Below, piece after piece: positions 61,494-64,000 of a DNA stretch of 64,000 nucleotides. Made by a program: the position numbers and the translations under genes. The notes under the pieces are model-generated. The model saw nothing but the letters and a program-made list of their open reading frames with translations, did not search any database and was not told the DNA's origin. Position 1 is the first letter of the stretch. Every line of letters begins with the position of its first letter. Source of the DNA: Podarcis liolepis (lineage: Eukaryota); the NCBI GenBank assembly GCA_965112155.1, contig OZ218102.1. One strand, 5' to 3'.

Positions 61494-61690
61494 CGGAGAA
61501 GGCGTTATTGGTGTTGAGGAAGTAGATCTCCTCCCGCCCGTCCCCATCAATGTCGCATGCTGTCACACCAATCGCATTGCCTTGGCGATCCCGCAGTGCA
61601 TAATATGGGGAGCTACGTTCATCCACTGCAAGGTTCACCAGCCGGCCCCGTATCTTGTCATACTTCAGCACCAGGTTGGGACCATTGTAC
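61494..61690 (-). CDS. CRTAC1: CRTAC1 exon 3
   Basis: cag|G YNGPNLVLKYDKIRGRLVNLAVDERSSPYYALRDRQGNAIGVTACDIDGDGREEIYFLNTNNAFS G|gtgagt (197 nt). Confidence 0.96.
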
Positions 61691-64000
61691 CTGAAGGAAT
61701 GGAGAGCAGGAAATGTGATGTGGGAGGTGCTTCAAGGTAGCAGTGACCCTTCCCACCAGATCTCCCCAAGAAAATCAAAGTCCACCATTCTCATTTTGTG
61801 GGGTTACCGGGAGACGCAGCAAAGGGCACATCCCATCATTGCTATTCCTGGGGGAAAGGGAGGGGTGTGTCACAAAGAGAGTGGAGCTTGAAGCCAAACA
61901 TGGAGGAGACTTCAGAATGTCTATATTCCACTTGTATTCTTCTCCTCCCTGCAGTTCAGGGCAGCAAACGAGGGGACTATCCCATTGAATCCCCACAACA
62001 AAAAGAACAGCAAGGCCAAGGTCATAACATGGGTTTCGTGGCTGGCTCCATTTCAGAGCACAGTATCTACTATTACTATAATCCTGCTGTAAAACCTGGC
62101 ACTGTAGATGTTCCAAATCAGGTAGATAGCACTGCAAAAAGGTTTTTGAATTCTTACTTTACTGTAAATAAAAGAAAAGGGGGAAACCATCTGCACCCAT
62201 GAACAATCCACCAACCCAGCAAATATATATATATGTGAATGAGCTATCATACCTAATTTAAACATATATTGCACATTCATATAATCCAGCCATATGCCCA
62301 AAAGGGTATCCAAGTGAGACAGATGATTGTTTGATACATGATGCTTTAGCTGACATTCCTGCACTGCAGGCAGTTGGACTGCATAACCCTGGGATCCCCT
62401 CCAGATGTACAATTCTACGGTTCTATGTTCAAATGTGCAAAGGGCAGTAAGATTTTCAGACCACCGTGCAGTAGATGGTGGGTGGTTATTCTTCTAACTG
62501 CAGGGTTAAGTTATAAGGATTTGGAGGTGGGCTTCTGGCTGTGGGGCTCCCATCTCTATGGAAGAAGAGTTCCTTTTTCTAATTCATTTCACTCAAACTG
62601 AAGGACTCTGTGATCCAGAAAGGCAGTACTGGGGCTCCCAGGAAATAAAAACCAGCTGGTAAAGCAATCCAGGGAGGTGCTTATTCGAAAGCGCTGAGAT
62701 CTGATGCCCAGAAGATTCAGGTTGAAATTCCCCTTGTCAGTTTGGGGATCAACACAACCCACTTGGAGCTTGAATGCCAAACCGGCTTATGACATTGGGT
62801 TAGTCTGGAAACCCCTGGCAGGCAACAGCTGACACTTCTAGTACAGGGATGGCACCTGCCCGTCTTCAGGACAGCTACGGCCCAGTGGCACCCTCCCACG
62901 CCAAACGTCTAGTTAATCAGCTTCTCAGAACCCTGATAGTCAGATCCAGCATGAGACCCAGATTCTTTTAGACATCCATCCATGCTAACATCACACAATG
63001 CGAAGTTGCAGAAACGCCTGAGCAGTTTCATCTGGCAGCTAATGATGTGTGACTCTAATGTGGTTAGCATGGAGTTTGCGAAGGCTGAAAATGCACAGTC
63101 TAGAGAGAGAAAATTAATACAGCAGAGGAGAAGGAGGTCAGGTAGGGAGGGAGAAACCTTGAGGCCAATGTTACAAAGCTCTGGAGAAAATAACGCTCAC
63201 CAGCACCCAAGGGGAATCAGGATTGGGGCCTGATAGTGAAGCGCAATCGATAAAAAGAGCCATAGCTGCATCGGAGGCTGAATCCTGAGCATCAGAGGTG
63301 CATCAGAGGTGAACATATCAATATATTGGCCAGATTCACCTGAAAGTGCTAGTGCCTGTGAGACTTGGGAGAAGAAAAAACTGGCTTTGGGAAATCTACC
63401 ACACCATCACTGAAGCCATCTCAGAAGCAATGAGTTCCTATAAATGTTCACACTGTCCATTTCTTCATTCTCAAACAGAACATGGATTCAGATGCTTCCC
63501 AATGATTTCAACCAGTACATGATAGCCAGATGATCTGAAGCTTTTCTCATATGACTGGCTACAATATTCCCCCTCCTCCCCATCTGTAATCATGAATAGG
63601 AAGGAGGCTTTCGTATGATGAATGCCATGTGAAAGGGTTAACAGCTGCTCTGAGTTCTTCCAGAGTCTTATTTCTATGTGACATTTTTGTGGTTGGCATA
63701 GCCTTTGCCTGATTGGACATGCACCCTACTGAAAAGCACAGTGCTGCCTAGGCTGTGGTGAAGGTCTTTCCGGAAAGGTGGCAGTCTGTGATCCAGAGCG
63801 CTCTAGATCTGAGCAGCTAAGAAACTTTATTGGATAAGACAGTTCCGCCCCTCTCTCAAGGAGCCAGACACGCATAAGGAACAAGTGCAAAAGCAAATTA
63901 GAAGTAGCTAGGCATGAGAAAGGAACTCGGCCTGCAGATGATTTTGCATAGTTCTAACTCTAGTCTCTCTTGTTAAGGAAGCACAACACCACTTCTCCTC

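Larger units (their letters stand above)
40487..61690 (-). other. CRTAC1: CRTAC1 gene, partial (exon 3 to the 3' ends; the 5' exons lie beyond the window)
   Basis: Twelve phase-compatible GT-AG exons reproduce the recalled CRTAC1 sequence (FG-GAP repeats, ASPIC/UnbV domain, EGF-Ca), plus alternative terminal exons. Confidence 0.97.

Noticed and set aside
61691-64000. CRTAC1 exon 2 in the remaining sequence
   Set aside because: No minus-strand match to the expected PTQLNYGVAVTDVD motif; it lies outside the window

Overview
Vertebrate genomic DNA, most likely from a lacertid lizard (Podarcis-like, judged from Sauria SINEs, tRNA-head SINEs and many hAT/mariner MITEs). It holds two convergent genes. 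GOLGA7B (+) is complete: 5 coding exons at 15132-26724, 166 aa, a CpG-island promoter with two REST/RE1 sites, and a U12-type last intron. CRTAC1 (-) is present from exon 3 onward (61690 down to 47560), followed by two alternative endings: a CRTAC1-B/LOTUS-type hydrophobic tail exon (46808-46926) or two extra Ca-binding EGF exons (41420-41545, 40487-40617). The top candidate novelty is programmed stop-codon readthrough in GOLGA7B: UGA-CUG, a perfect 10-bp hairpin 10 nt downstream, and a coding-like 29-codon in-frame extension ending in a class I PDZ-ligand-like -STRF. The intergenic region has two Penelope-like insertions in (TA)n carrying hammerhead-ribozyme cores (one forms a 429-bp inverted repeat), a U6 fragment, and a hAT element with exon-like cargo. 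A three-level nested transposon lies upstream of GOLGA7B. All homology calls are from recall, not database searches.
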